This document shows, piece by piece, positions 8,539 through 18,374 of a stretch of DNA of 64,000 nucleotides (its first letter is position 1; the number at the start of each line of letters is the position of its first letter). Position numbers and translations under genes: made by a program. The stretch lies in contig CAVVGY010000009.1 of the NCBI GenBank assembly GCA_963747935.1, positions 72,752 to 136,751 on the forward strand, written 5' to 3'. Source of the DNA: an uncultured Thermoleophilia bacterium. GTDB taxonomy: Bacteria; Actinomycetota; Thermoleophilia; UBA2241. Below the pieces are notes generated by a model. That model ran no database searches, was not told the origin of the DNA, and saw nothing but the letters and a program-made list of their open reading frames with translations.

Positions 8539-9824
8539 GTAGAGAGATCATCGAGGCTCTGCGCCAGATCGAGAGCGAGAAGGGTATCGCCTTCGAGGCG
8601 CTCGTCGAGGCTCTCGAGGACGCACTCCTGTCCGCCTACAAGAAGTCGCCCGACGCGGCGGAGTACGCCACGGTCGAGATCGACACGGAGACCGGCGACA
8701 TGCGGGTCTACCAGCTCATCTTCCCGGAGCACATCGACACGGAGGCCCTCAAGGTCCACGACGAGGAGACCGGCGAAGAGGTCGGACTCGACCTCAGCGG
8801 CGTCGACATGAGCGAGGTCGAGCGCATCGAGGTCACGCCCGACGACTTCGGCCGCATCGCCGCGATGACCGCCAAACAGGTCATCCTCCAGCGCATCCGC
8901 GAGGCGGAGCGGGACCTCATGTACGAGGAGTACATCGACCGGGTGGGCGAGCTGGTCACCGGCATCGTGCAGCAGAGCGACCCGCGCCACAACACGCTGA
9001 TCGAACTGGGCCGCGTAGAGGCGGAGCTGCCGCGCGGCGAGCAGATCGAGACGGAGCACTACGAGCACGGCGCGCGTATCAAGGCCGTCATCATGCGCGT
9101 GGAGGAGTCGGCCAAGGGCCCGCAGGTCAAGCTTTCCCGGCGCAGTGAGGAGCTCGTGCGCAAGCTGTTCGAGCTCGAGGTCCCTGAGATCGCGGACGGC
9201 CTGGTGGAGATCCGCCAGGTGGCGCGCGAGACCGGGTACCGCGGCCGCGACGGCAAGCCCGTCCCCGGCCGCTGCAAGATCGCCGTCGTGTCGCACGCCG
9301 ACGGCGTCGACCCCGTCGGCGCCTGCGTGGGCCCGCGCGGCTCGCGCGTGCGCATGGTGGTCAGCGAGCTGCGCGGCGAGCGCATCGACATCATCCCGTA
9401 CAACGAGGACGCCGCGCGCTTCGTCGCCAAGGCGCTCTCGCCGGCGCGGGTGCGCGAGGTCATCGTCGACGACGACGAGAAGACTGCCACGATCATCGTC
9501 CCCGACGACCAGCTGTCGCTCGCCATCGGCAAGGAGGGCCAGAACGCCCGCCTCGCGAGCAAGCTCACCGGCTGGCGCATCGACATCAAGAGCCAGCAGC
9601 AGATGGCCGAGGCCGAGAACAGCCTCGAGTTCGGTGAGGACGACGGCGTCGACGGCCAGTGCATGGCCATCGGGCGCAGCGGCAAGCGTTGTCCCAACCA
9701 GGCGGAGCCCGGCTCCAAGTACTGCAGCATCCACGCCGACTACGTGCCGGCCGAACCAGAGACCGCGGCGGCCAAGCCCGCCGAGGTCGCGGCGGACGAG
9801 GCCGTGGAGGCCGGCGAGGAGTGA
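8535..9824 (+). CDS. nusA: transcription termination/antitermination factor NusA
   Basis: 429 aa with the N-terminal domain ([14 protein letters not shown]), S1 and KH regions ([32 protein letters not shown]; [25 protein letters not shown]). It has an unusual Cys/His-containing acidic tail. Confidence 0.95.
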   Translation: MSREIIEALRQIESEKGIAFEALVEALEDALLSAYKKSPDAAEYATVEIDTETGDMRVYQLIFPEHIDTEALKVHDEETGEEVGLDLSGVDMSEVERIEVTPDDFGRIAAMTAKQVILQRIREAERDLMYEEYIDRVGELVTGIVQQSDPRHNTLIELGRVEAELPRGEQIETEHYEHGARIKAVIMRVEESAKGPQVKLSRRSEELVRKLFELEVPEIADGLVEIRQVARETGYRGRDGKPVPGRCKIAVVSHADGVDPVGACVGPRGSRVRMVVSELRGERIDIIPYNEDAARFVAKALSPARVREVIVDDDEKTATIIVPDDQLSLAIGKEGQNARLASKLTGWRIDIKSQQQMAEAENSLEFGEDDGVDGQCMAIGRSGKRCPNQAEPGSKYCSIHADYVPAEPETAAAKPAEVAADEAVEAGEE

Positions 9825-10111
9825 TCGCCGTGGCGACGCCGGAGAGGACGTGCGTCGGCTGTCGCCGCAGGCGCGGCCAGCAGGAGCTGGTGAGGCTCGT
9901 GCAAGATCACGGACGTGTCGTACAGGCGCGTCCGGGCGCTCCCGGCAGGAGCGCATACCTGTGTCCAGAACAGACGTGCCTGGAGACCGCGGAGAAGAGG
10001 CGTGCGTTCGCGCGTGCCTTCCGCGGCCCGGTCACTCTCGATCCCGGCGTGCGTGAATCGTTCGCGCTGCGCGGGAAGACGAAAGGCGGTGAGGTGAATG
10101 GCGAAACGTAA
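9821..10111 (+). CDS. ylxR: YlxR/DUF448 family RNA-binding protein
   Basis: [27 protein letters not shown]...GRSAYLCPEQTCLETAEKRRAFARAF. The GTG start overlaps the nusA stop, in the canonical nusA-ylxR-infB position. Confidence 0.8.
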   Translation: MIAVATPERTCVGCRRRRGQQELVRLVQDHGRVVQARPGAPGRSAYLCPEQTCLETAEKRRAFARAFRGPVTLDPGVRESFALRGKTKGGEVNGET

Positions 10112-12173
10112 AGTCTCGGACATCGCGACCCAGAGAAAGACCAGCGTCGACGATGTGCTCGCCCACCTCAAGAAGGCGGGCATCGAAGTGGTCGACGGCG
10201 AGGTCAACGTCGACGATGAGGCCATCGAGAAGGCGTACACAGCGACGACGGGCGCGGTGCGACGCCGCTCGGGCGGAGGTACGGCCGGCAAGAAGCGCCG
10301 CGTCATCATCGACGCCGGCGCGTCGCGGCGTGGCGGCGGCCCGGGCGACCGGCGTCGCGGCCGCGGGCGCGGTCGCGGACGCGACCGTGAGGAGCAGCAG
10401 ACCGCACCGGTCGTGCCGACAGGTCTGGTCAAGGTCCCGTCGGGGTCCTCGGTCAAGGACATTTCGCAGCTCCTCGGCGTCACGACTTCCGACATCATCA
10501 AGGCCCTCATGGGCTACGGCGAGATGGTCACCATCACGCAGACGCTGAGCGACGAGGCCATCGAGGTCCTTGCCACCGACTTCGCCCGCGAGGTCGAGAT
10601 CACCCACGCGGCCGACGAAGAGGCCGAGCTCGAGAAGGAAGCGGTCGACGACCCCGAGGACCTCAAGCCGAGGGCCTCCGTCATCACCGTCATGGGCCAC
10701 GTCGACCACGGCAAGACGAGCCTGCTCGACGCCATCCGGGACACCGCCGTCGCCGCCGGCGAGGCCGGCGGCATCACGCAGCACATCGGCGCGTACCAGG
10801 TCAGGCACAACGGCCAGCTGGTCACGTTCATCGACACGCCCGGCCACGCCGCGTTCACCGCCATGCGCGCCCGCGGCGCCAAGGTCACCGATATCGCCGC
10901 CATCGTGGTGGCCGCCGACGACGGCGTCATGCCGCAGACGGTGGAGGCCATCGACCACGCCAAGGCGGCGGGCGTGCCCATCGTCATCGTGGTCAACAAG
11001 ATCGACAAGCCCGACGCCAACATCGAGCGCATCAAGCAGCAGCTCGCCGAGCACGGCATCGTGCCGGAGGACTGGGGCGGGGACAACGTGTTCGTCGAGG
11101 CGAGCGCCAAGAAGCGCATCGGCCTGGACAACTTCCTCGACATGCTGCTCCTGGTGGCGGAGGTCGGTGACCTCAGGGCCAACCCGGACGCTCCGGCCAG
11201 CGGGTTCGTGATCGAGTCGAAGGTCGACCCAGGACGCGGCGTCGTGGCGACGATCCTCGTCAGCCGCGGCACGCTGCGCGTGGGCGACGCCATCGTCGCC
11301 GGTGAGGCCAGCGGCAAGGTACGCGCCATGCGGGACTTCCGCGGCGAGCCGCTCAAGGAGGGTGGTCCGTCCACGCCGGTCGAGATCATCGGCTTCGACG
11401 AGCTTCCCGTGGCCGGCGAGTTCGCGCGTGTGGTCAAGGACGAGCGCGCCGCCCGTGCTCTCGGCCAGAAGCGCGCCAACCGGCTCAAGACCGAGGCGCT
11501 CGCCAAGCAGCGCGCGCTCACGCTGGACGACGTCTTCGCGCGCATCGCCGCGGGCAAGGTGCTCGACCTCAACCTGGTGGTCAAGGCCGACGTGCAGGGC
11601 AGCCTCGAGGCGCTCAGCGACGCGCTGCTCAAGATCCAGCATCCCGAGGTCAAGGTGCGCATCATCCACTCGGGCGTCGGCGGCGTGAACGAGTCCGACG
11701 TCATGCTGGCGAGCGCGTCCGACGCCATCATCATCGGCTTCAACGTCCGTCCGAGCCCCCAGGCGACTGCTCTGGCCGAAAGCGAAGGCGTGGACATCCG
11801 CACGTACCGCGTGATCTACAAGGTCACCGAGGACATCACGGCCGCCCTGGTCGGCATGCTCAAGCCGACCATCGAAGAGGTCGTGCTCGGTCAGGCCGAG
11901 GTGCGCACCACGTTCAAGGCGTCCAAGCTGGGCACCATCGCCGGCTGCATGGTCACGCACGGCAAGATCGTGCGCAACGCCAACGTGCGCGTGCTGCGCA
12001 ACGACGTGGTGGCCTACGACGGCAAGATGGGCTCGCTCAAGCGCTTCGCCGAAGACGCGCGCGAGGTCCTTGAAGGCTTCGAATGCGGCATCCTGGTCGA
12101 CGGCTTCAACGACCTCAAAGAAGGGGACGTGCTGGAGGCGTACGAGACCAGAGAAGTCGCTCGTGAGGCCTGA
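10098..12173 (+). CDS. infB: translation initiation factor IF-2
   Basis: 691 aa with a G-domain (VITVMGHVDHGKTSLLDAIR, DTPGHAAF, NKIDK) and conserved C-terminal domains. Confidence 0.95.
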   Translation: MAKRKVSDIATQRKTSVDDVLAHLKKAGIEVVDGEVNVDDEAIEKAYTATTGAVRRRSGGGTAGKKRRVIIDAGASRRGGGPGDRRRGRGRGRGRDREEQQTAPVVPTGLVKVPSGSSVKDISQLLGVTTSDIIKALMGYGEMVTITQTLSDEAIEVLATDFAREVEITHAADEEAELEKEAVDDPEDLKPRASVITVMGHVDHGKTSLLDAIRDTAVAAGEAGGITQHIGAYQVRHNGQLVTFIDTPGHAAFTAMRARGAKVTDIAAIVVAADDGVMPQTVEAIDHAKAAGVPIVIVVNKIDKPDANIERIKQQLAEHGIVPEDWGGDNVFVEASAKKRIGLDNFLDMLLLVAEVGDLRANPDAPASGFVIESKVDPGRGVVATILVSRGTLRVGDAIVAGEASGKVRAMRDFRGEPLKEGGPSTPVEIIGFDELPVAGEFARVVKDERAARALGQKRANRLKTEALAKQRALTLDDVFARIAAGKVLDLNLVVKADVQGSLEALSDALLKIQHPEVKVRIIHSGVGGVNESDVMLASASDAIIIGFNVRPSPQATALAESEGVDIRTYRVIYKVTEDITAALVGMLKPTIEEVVLGQAEVRTTFKASKLGTIAGCMVTHGKIVRNANVRVLRNDVVAYDGKMGSLKRFAEDAREVLEGFECGILVDGFNDLKEGDVLEAYETREVAREA

Positions 12174-12486
12174 CGCCTGCATCGGCGTCTATCTCGCGGA
12201 GCTGCACTTCCCGGAGGCACGCACGCTCAAGGACAAGCGCGCGCCGCTCAGCTCGCTGCGTGACGTCCTGCAGTCCCGGTTTCACGCCTCGTTCAGCGAG
12301 GTAGGTCTGCAGGATGTGTGGCAGAGGGCGCGGGTGCTCGTGGTGCTCGCGGCCTCGTCGCTCCAGCAGACGCGCGAGCGTCTCGACCAGATCGACCGGT
12401 ACCTGCACGCGCGGGAGTACGAAGTCTCGCGCGTGCTGCTCAAGACAGCCGACTCAGTGGACACGGTATGGGAATTCGACTCCTGA
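12163..12486 (+). CDS. DUF503 (YlxP-like) protein
   Basis: An in-frame GTG at 12163 gives VRPDACIGVYLAELHFPEARTLKDKRAPLSSLRDVLQSRF... The gene sits in the conserved slot between infB and rbfA. Confidence 0.7.
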   Translation: MRPDACIGVYLAELHFPEARTLKDKRAPLSSLRDVLQSRFHASFSEVGLQDVWQRARVLVVLAASSLQQTRERLDQIDRYLHAREYEVSRVLLKTADSVDTVWEFDS

Positions 12487-12896
12487 AGATCAACGAGAGT
12501 ATCAAGGAGACCCTCTCCTCGGTCATCACCGCGGAGGGTCTCAAGGACCCCCGCGTCGGGTTCGTGACCGTGACGGGGGTCGAGACGTCGACCGACCTGC
12601 GGCACGCCAAGGTGTACGTCAGCGTGCTCGGCGGCAAGACGGACCGCGAGCTCACGATGAAGGCCCTGGGCAAGTCGCGAGGGTTCCTGCAGGCCAAGAT
12701 CAACGCGTCGCTGCACATGAAGCGCACGCCGCAGCTCCAGTTCTGCTACGACGACACGCTCGACAACGCGCTTCGCCTCGAACGCGCTCTCAAGCGTGAG
12801 GCGGAGGTGCTCGGCGAGGACGCGCACGAGATCCCGACGCCCGGCATCGAACCCTTGGAGGGCGCCGAGGCGGCCGGCGGTGAGGACGAAGAGTGA
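12468..12896 (+). CDS. rbfA: ribosome-binding factor A
   Basis: MGIRLLKINESIKETLSSVITAEGLKDPRVGFVTVTGVETSTDLRHAKVYVSVLG...RTPQLQFCYDDTLDNA. Confidence 0.9.
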   Translation: MGIRLLKINESIKETLSSVITAEGLKDPRVGFVTVTGVETSTDLRHAKVYVSVLGGKTDRELTMKALGKSRGFLQAKINASLHMKRTPQLQFCYDDTLDNALRLERALKREAEVLGEDAHEIPTPGIEPLEGAEAAGGEDEE

Positions 12897-13861
12897 AGCA
12901 GCTCGCAGCCGACCTCGACGCCCTGTGCCGGCGCATGCGCGCCGAGCGCAAGGTGGCGCTCGCCGTCCACGAGAAGCCGGACCAGGACGCGCTCGGCGCG
13001 GCCGCCGGCATGCTCGACCTCTTCGCACAGCTCGGCGTGGACGCCGAGCTGTGGGTGTCCGAGGGCGAGCTCCTGCCGCTCGGCGACGAACTGCTGCCAC
13101 CGGGCAAGGTGCGGCGCGGCGCCCCGCCGCAGGACGCCGCGCTCTACGCGCTCGACTCGGGCAACCCCGAGCGGCTCGCGCTGCCCAGCTGGGGCGACGT
13201 GGCGGTCAACATCGACCACCACCACGACAACCCGGGCTACGGCGAGCTCGCGTTCGTGCGGGGCGGCGCCAGCAGCACGAGCGAACTCGTCTGCGACATC
13301 GCCCGGGCTCTGGACCTGGCGCCTTCGGCGGCCGCCCCGGCGTTGTACGCCGGCATCTCGTTCGACACGGGCCACTTCCACCACGACAGCACCGGCCCCT
13401 CCACGTTCCGCACAGCCGCGTGGCTGGTGGAACTCGGCGCGGACGTGAGGGCGCTCTACACGCTCATGTACGAACGTCGCACGGAGGCGTCGCTCCGCCT
13501 GTGGGCGCGGGCGATCGCCGACGCTCGCTCGGTCGCCAGCGGTAAGGCCCTGCTCGCCGCCGTCACGCTGGCCGACTACGAAGCCACCGGCGCCGGACCG
13601 GAGGAGACCGAGGGTATCGTCGACAGCCTGCGCGGCGTCGACGGCGTGGAAGCCGCGGCCCTCGCCAAAGAACAATCCGCCGGCGTGCGCACGCGCGTCA
13701 GCCTGCGCTCGGAGACCATCGACGTCAGCTCCATCGCGGCCCTCCGGGGCGGCGGCGGCCACAAGCTGGCGGCGGGATTCTCCAGCGACGACAGTCCTGA
13801 GGAGGTGATCGCGTGGCTCAGTTCCGAACTCGAAAGGCGCTTCTCGACGGCGTCCTCCTGA
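12893..13861 (+). CDS. nrnA: DHH/DHHA1 family phosphoesterase (NrnA-like oligoribonuclease/pAp phosphatase)
   Basis: 322 aa with HEKPDQDALGAAAGM, NIDHHHDN and GGGGHKLAAGFS motifs. GTGA overlap with rbfA. Confidence 0.8.
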   Translation: MKQLAADLDALCRRMRAERKVALAVHEKPDQDALGAAAGMLDLFAQLGVDAELWVSEGELLPLGDELLPPGKVRRGAPPQDAALYALDSGNPERLALPSWGDVAVNIDHHHDNPGYGELAFVRGGASSTSELVCDIARALDLAPSAAAPALYAGISFDTGHFHHDSTGPSTFRTAAWLVELGADVRALYTLMYERRTEASLRLWARAIADARSVASGKALLAAVTLADYEATGAGPEETEGIVDSLRGVDGVEAAALAKEQSAGVRTRVSLRSETIDVSSIAALRGGGGHKLAAGFSSDDSPEEVIAWLSSELERRFSTASS

Positions 13862-14724
13862 TCGACAAGCCGGAGGGCTTCACGTCGCACGACGTCGTCG
13901 CCCGTGTTCGCCGGGACCTGCGCCCGAGCGTCAAGAAGGTGGGCCACGCCGGGACCCTGGACCCGTTCGCCACCGGGCTGCTGGTGGTGCTGGTGGGCCG
14001 GGCGACCAAGCTGGCGCGGTTCTTCGTCGACCTGCCCAAGGAGTACGAGTGCACCGTCAAGTTCGGCGTGCGCTCCGACACCGGCGACCTGACCGGCGTG
14101 CTCAGCGAGACCGCTGAGACCACTACGCGGGCCGCGGTGGACGAAGTGATCCCGCGGTTCCTCGGACGCATCATGCAGAGCGTGCCCATGACCTCGGCGG
14201 TCAAGGTGGACGGCGAGCGGCTCTACAAGAAGGCCCATCGGGGTGAGGTCATCGAGACCCCCGTCAAAGAGGTCGAGATCGAGGCCATCGAGGTGCTCGA
14301 GTTCGACGAGGCCTCCCAGACCATGCGCTGCCGCATCGCCTGCTCCAAGGGCACCTACGTGCGCCAGCTCGCCATCGACATCGGCGAGGCCGTGGGTGCG
14401 GGAGCTCACCTGGAGCAGTTGTCGCGCACGGCCGTGGGCGACCTCCGGCTGGACGAGGCGCAGACCCTGGCCGTGTTCGAGGAGGGCGTGGAGGCCCGCG
14501 ACCTCGGTGACGAGCACATCCCAGGGCTCGTGCCGGCCGCCGTGGCGCTGCAGTTCATGCCCGGCATCGAGCTCTCCGCCGCCCAGGTCACCGCGGTGCG
14601 CAACGGCGCCAGGCTGCCGGGCGGCCCGCAGGAACCCGTGCGGCTGACGTTCCGCGGCGAGCTCATCGCCGTCTACGGCCCCGCCGAGGAGGGCAACGCG
14701 CTCAAGCTGCTCGTCAAGACCTGA
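13813..14724 (+). CDS. truB: tRNA pseudouridine(55) synthase
   Basis: GVLLIDKPEGFTSHDVVARVRR...GHAGTLDPFATGLLVVLVGRATKL. Confidence 0.9.
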   Translation: MAQFRTRKALLDGVLLIDKPEGFTSHDVVARVRRDLRPSVKKVGHAGTLDPFATGLLVVLVGRATKLARFFVDLPKEYECTVKFGVRSDTGDLTGVLSETAETTTRAAVDEVIPRFLGRIMQSVPMTSAVKVDGERLYKKAHRGEVIETPVKEVEIEAIEVLEFDEASQTMRCRIACSKGTYVRQLAIDIGEAVGAGAHLEQLSRTAVGDLRLDEAQTLAVFEEGVEARDLGDEHIPGLVPAAVALQFMPGIELSAAQVTAVRNGARLPGGPQEPVRLTFRGELIAVYGPAEEGNALKLLVKT

Positions 14725-15710
14725 TGGAGGTCGTGTCCGACATCGCATCCCTCGCCGATCGGCCGCGCGCGCTCGCGCTCGGCACGTTCGACGGCGTGCA
14801 CGCCGGCCACCGCGCCGTCATCGGCCGTGCCATGGAGCTCGCGCGGGAGCGCGCCTTCACGAGCGCGGTGGTGACGTTCGACCGGCATCCGCTCAGCGTG
14901 ATCGACCCCGCACGCGTACCTCGGCTGCTCACCTCCAACGACGAGAAGATCCGCCTCATCGAGGAGCTCGGTCCGGACGAGCTGATCCTGCTGCCGTTCG
15001 ACGAGGACTTCGCCGCGCTCACGCCCGCGGAGTTCTGCGAGGGCCTGCTCGCCGGCCGGCTGCAGGCACGCGTCGTGGTGGTGGGCGAGAACTTCAACTT
15101 CGGGGCGCGTGGCGCCGGCGACGCAGCCCAGCTGCGCGCCTGCGGCGCCGCCAGTGGGTACGACGTCGAGGTCGCCACGCTCGTCACGGATCGTGGCGCG
15201 CCGATCAGCTCCACGCGCATCCGGCGGCTGCTCCACGACGGCGAGCTCGAGGAGGTGCGCGAGATCCTCGGCCGGCCGCCGTCGGCCACCGGCGTGGTGG
15301 TGCACGGCGACAAACGCGGCCGCACGCTCGGCGTACCGACCGCCAACGTGGACGTCGAGGCCGGCACCATCTTCCCGGGGCGCGGCGTGTACGCCGTGCG
15401 TGCCCTGGTGGAGGACAGGTGGTACCGCTCCGCCGTCAACATCGGTCACAACCCGACGTTCCAGAGCAGGGACGAGCCCACCACGCACGTGACCGTCGAG
15501 GCGTTCCTGCTGGACTTCTCCGGGGACATCTACGACCGTGAGATCCGGCTGGACTTCCTGCACAAGATCCGCGACGAGCGGCGCTTCGACAGCGTCGATG
15601 CGCTCGTCGCGCAGATGCGGCTGGACATCGCCGCGGCCGGCGAGCTCTCCGACCCCGCCCTGGCGGAGGCCGGACTCGGCGGCGGAGAGGGCGGCGCGCA
15701 CGCAGGCTGA
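14724..15710 (+). CDS. ribF: bifunctional riboflavin kinase / FMN adenylyltransferase
   Basis: LALGTFDGVHAGHRAVI (FAD synthetase half) and GVVVHGDKRGRTLGVPTANV...EAFLLDFSGDIYDREIRLDFLHKIRDERRF (kinase half). Confidence 0.9.
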   Translation: MEVVSDIASLADRPRALALGTFDGVHAGHRAVIGRAMELARERAFTSAVVTFDRHPLSVIDPARVPRLLTSNDEKIRLIEELGPDELILLPFDEDFAALTPAEFCEGLLAGRLQARVVVVGENFNFGARGAGDAAQLRACGAASGYDVEVATLVTDRGAPISSTRIRRLLHDGELEEVREILGRPPSATGVVVHGDKRGRTLGVPTANVDVEAGTIFPGRGVYAVRALVEDRWYRSAVNIGHNPTFQSRDEPTTHVTVEAFLLDFSGDIYDREIRLDFLHKIRDERRFDSVDALVAQMRLDIAAAGELSDPALAEAGLGGGEGGAHAG

Positions 15711-15846
15711 CGCCTCCGCGCCGCCCGTCCGTCACGGTTTCTAGCCGCCACACCCTGTGCTACCCTAGCGCGACCGCTTTCTCGGTCGCGGGCCAGCCAG
15801 CCCCGCGACTGGGTTTCCGGACACTCCCGGAGGGAGGTGACAAGAC

Positions 15847-16116
15847 ATGGCAATGACCAAAGACGCCAAAGAGACCATTATCGCCAAGCACGCCAAGCAC
15901 GACGGCGATACCGGTTCCCCCGAGGTCCAGATCGCGCTCCTCACCGAGCGCATCTCCACCCTCACCGAGCACCTCAAGACCCACAAGAAGGACCATCACA
16001 GCCGTCGCGGGCTGCTCAAGATGGTGGGTCAGCGTCGCCGGCTGCTCAACTACCTGCAGGCGCGCGACCTCGAGCGCTATCGCGCGCTCGTCAAGGAGCT
16101 CGAGCTCCGCAAGTAA
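15847..16116 (+). CDS. rpsO: 30S ribosomal protein S15
   Basis: 89 aa: [57 protein letters not shown] lies upstream. Confidence 0.95.
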   Translation: MAMTKDAKETIIAKHAKHDGDTGSPEVQIALLTERISTLTEHLKTHKKDHHSRRGLLKMVGQRRRLLNYLQARDLERYRALVKELELRK

Positions 16117-16221
16117 CACACCACACCTGCGGCGCCAGACGCGCCGCGAACAGTCGTCCCCGTGAGGGATATCCCACGCCGACGAAAGAGTGCCCGTGCG
16201 CAATTGGGCGGCGGGTGAGAG

Positions 16222-18330
16222 ATGAAGGAAGAGATGAACATCATTGAAGTAGAGGTCGGGGGACAGACGATCACCCTCGAGACCGGACGCCTCGCCAAGC
16301 AGGCCAACGGGGCCGTGCTCGTGCGCTGTGGCGACACGGTCGTCCTTGCCGCCGCGACCAAGCGCGACGACGTGCGCGAAGGGCAGGACTTCTTCCCGCT
16401 GACCGTCGACGTTGAGGAGCGCCACTACGCCGCGGGCAAGATCCCCGGCGGGTTCATCAAGCGCGAATCGCGTCCGAGCGAGAAGGCCATCCTGGCCGCT
16501 CGCCAGATCGACCGGCCCCTCCGGCCGCTGTTCCCCAAGGGCTTCATGAACGAGGTCCACATCGTAGCCACCACGCTGTCGGTCGACTTCGAGCAGTCGT
16601 ACGACGTGCTCGCGACCCTCGGCGCCTCGGCGGCGCTCACGATCAGCGACATCCCGTTCGGCGGCCCTGTGGGCTCCGTGCACGTCGGGCGCATCGACGG
16701 CCTGCTGGTCGTCAACCCGACGCTCGAGGAGCTGCAGAACGAATCGGACATGGACCTCGTCGTCACCGGCACCGCCGACGCCATCGTCATGGTCGAGGCC
16801 GGCGCCAAGCAGGTCTCCGAGTCCGTCATCGTCGAGGCGCTCAAGATCGCGCACGACGAGATCAAGAAGCTCGTCGCCGTGCAGCTCGAGCTCCAGCGCC
16901 TGGTCGGCAAGCCCAAGCTCGAGGTCCCCGCGTGGACCGTCGACGAGGGTGTGCTCGAGCAGGTGCGCAGCGGCTTCGGCGCGGCCCTCGACGCCGCCAC
17001 CAGCGTGCCCGGCAAGAAGGAGCGCATGGACGCGACCGCCGAGGTCAAGAAGGCGGCCGCCGAGCAGCTCATCGCCGAGGACGCCGACCTCGAGCGCGTG
17101 ACGCAGGTCAAGCGCGCCATCGCCAAGCTCGAGAAGGACATCATCCGCGAGCGCATCGCCGTCAAGAAGATCCGCCCCGACGGCCGTGCCACCGACGAGG
17201 TCCGGCCGATCAGCTGCGAGGTGGGCATCATCCCGCGCACGCACGGCAGCGCCCTGTTCACGCGCGGTGAGACTCAGGCCCTGAGCCTGCTCACCCTCGG
17301 CGGGACCGGCGAGTTCCAGCGCATCGACGGCCTCGGCATCGAGGACAAGAAGCGCTACATCCACCACTACAACTTCCCGCCGTACTCCGTCGGCGAGACC
17401 GGGTTCATGCGCGGCCCCAAGCGCCGTGACATCGGCCACGGCGCCCTCGCCGAGCGCGCTCTCCTGCCGGTCCTGCCGAGCGAGCTCGACTTCCCGTACA
17501 CGATCCGTATCGTGAGCGAGATCCTCGAGAGCAACGGCTCGTCCTCCATGGCGAGCGTCTGCGGCAGCACCCTCAGCCTCATGGACGCCGGCGTGCAGAT
17601 CAGCGCACCGGTGGCCGGCACCGCGATGGGTCTCATCAAGGAGGGCGACGCCTACGTCGTGCTCACCGACATCGCGGGTGTGGAGGACCACCTGGGCGAC
17701 ATGGACTTCAAGGTCGCCGGCACCGCCGAGGGCATCACCGCCCTCCAGATGGACATCAAGATCACCGGCGTCACGTTCGAGATCCTCACCGAGGCCCTCG
17801 AGCAGGCGCGCAAGGCCCGCCTGCACATCCTCGGCAAGATGGCCGAGGCCCTCAGCGAGCCTCGTGACGAGCTCAGCCAGTGGGCGCCGCGCATCTTCTC
17901 CATCCAGATCAACCCCGACCAGATCGGGCTCATCATCGGCAAGGGCGGCGAGACCATCCGCGGCATGACCGAGGAGTTCAGCGCCGACATCGACATCCAG
18001 GACGACGGGACGATCTTCATCTGCGCCCCCGACGAGGAGGCTGCGGAGGGCGTCAAGAACCGCATCCAGTCGATGACCAAGGAGGTCGAGGTCGGGGACG
18101 TGTTCACCGGACGCGTCGTCAAGACCACCGACTTCGGCGCGTTCGTCGAGCTCAAGAAGGGCACCGACGGGCTGCTCCACATCTCACGGCTGGCCCCCAA
18201 GGGCGAGCGCGTGAAGGCAGTCGAGGACGTCGTCAAGCGCGGCGACTCGGTGACCGTCGAGGTCGTCGAGATCGACAAGGCACGCAACCGCATCGGCCTG
18301 ACGCTCCTCAAGTCGGCCGACTCGGAATAG
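16222..18330 (+). CDS. pnp: polyribonucleotide nucleotidyltransferase (PNPase)
   Basis: 702 aa with two RNase PH-like domains, KH (LIIGKGGETIRGM) and S1 (GDVFTGRVVKTTDFGAFVEL) domains. Confidence 0.95.
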   Translation: MKEEMNIIEVEVGGQTITLETGRLAKQANGAVLVRCGDTVVLAAATKRDDVREGQDFFPLTVDVEERHYAAGKIPGGFIKRESRPSEKAILAARQIDRPLRPLFPKGFMNEVHIVATTLSVDFEQSYDVLATLGASAALTISDIPFGGPVGSVHVGRIDGLLVVNPTLEELQNESDMDLVVTGTADAIVMVEAGAKQVSESVIVEALKIAHDEIKKLVAVQLELQRLVGKPKLEVPAWTVDEGVLEQVRSGFGAALDAATSVPGKKERMDATAEVKKAAAEQLIAEDADLERVTQVKRAIAKLEKDIIRERIAVKKIRPDGRATDEVRPISCEVGIIPRTHGSALFTRGETQALSLLTLGGTGEFQRIDGLGIEDKKRYIHHYNFPPYSVGETGFMRGPKRRDIGHGALAERALLPVLPSELDFPYTIRIVSEILESNGSSSMASVCGSTLSLMDAGVQISAPVAGTAMGLIKEGDAYVVLTDIAGVEDHLGDMDFKVAGTAEGITALQMDIKITGVTFEILTEALEQARKARLHILGKMAEALSEPRDELSQWAPRIFSIQINPDQIGLIIGKGGETIRGMTEEFSADIDIQDDGTIFICAPDEEAAEGVKNRIQSMTKEVEVGDVFTGRVVKTTDFGAFVELKKGTDGLLHISRLAPKGERVKAVEDVVKRGDSVTVEVVEIDKARNRIGLTLLKSADSE

Positions 18331-18374
18331 CAGAGAGAAGCGAGAGCAGGGAGCGGGCCATAGAGGCCTACCGC

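Noticed and set aside
10032-12182. 716-aa minus-strand ORF covering all of infB
   Set aside because: It is antisense to a clearly conserved IF-2 gene. Its translation is Arg/Ala/Gly/Asp/His-rich low-complexity sequence, typical of shadow ORFs in very GC-rich DNA.
15760-18180. 806-aa minus-strand ORF opposite rpsO and pnp
   Set aside because: It has the same shadow-ORF signature with no recognisable motifs, and the plus strand encodes S15 and PNPase.
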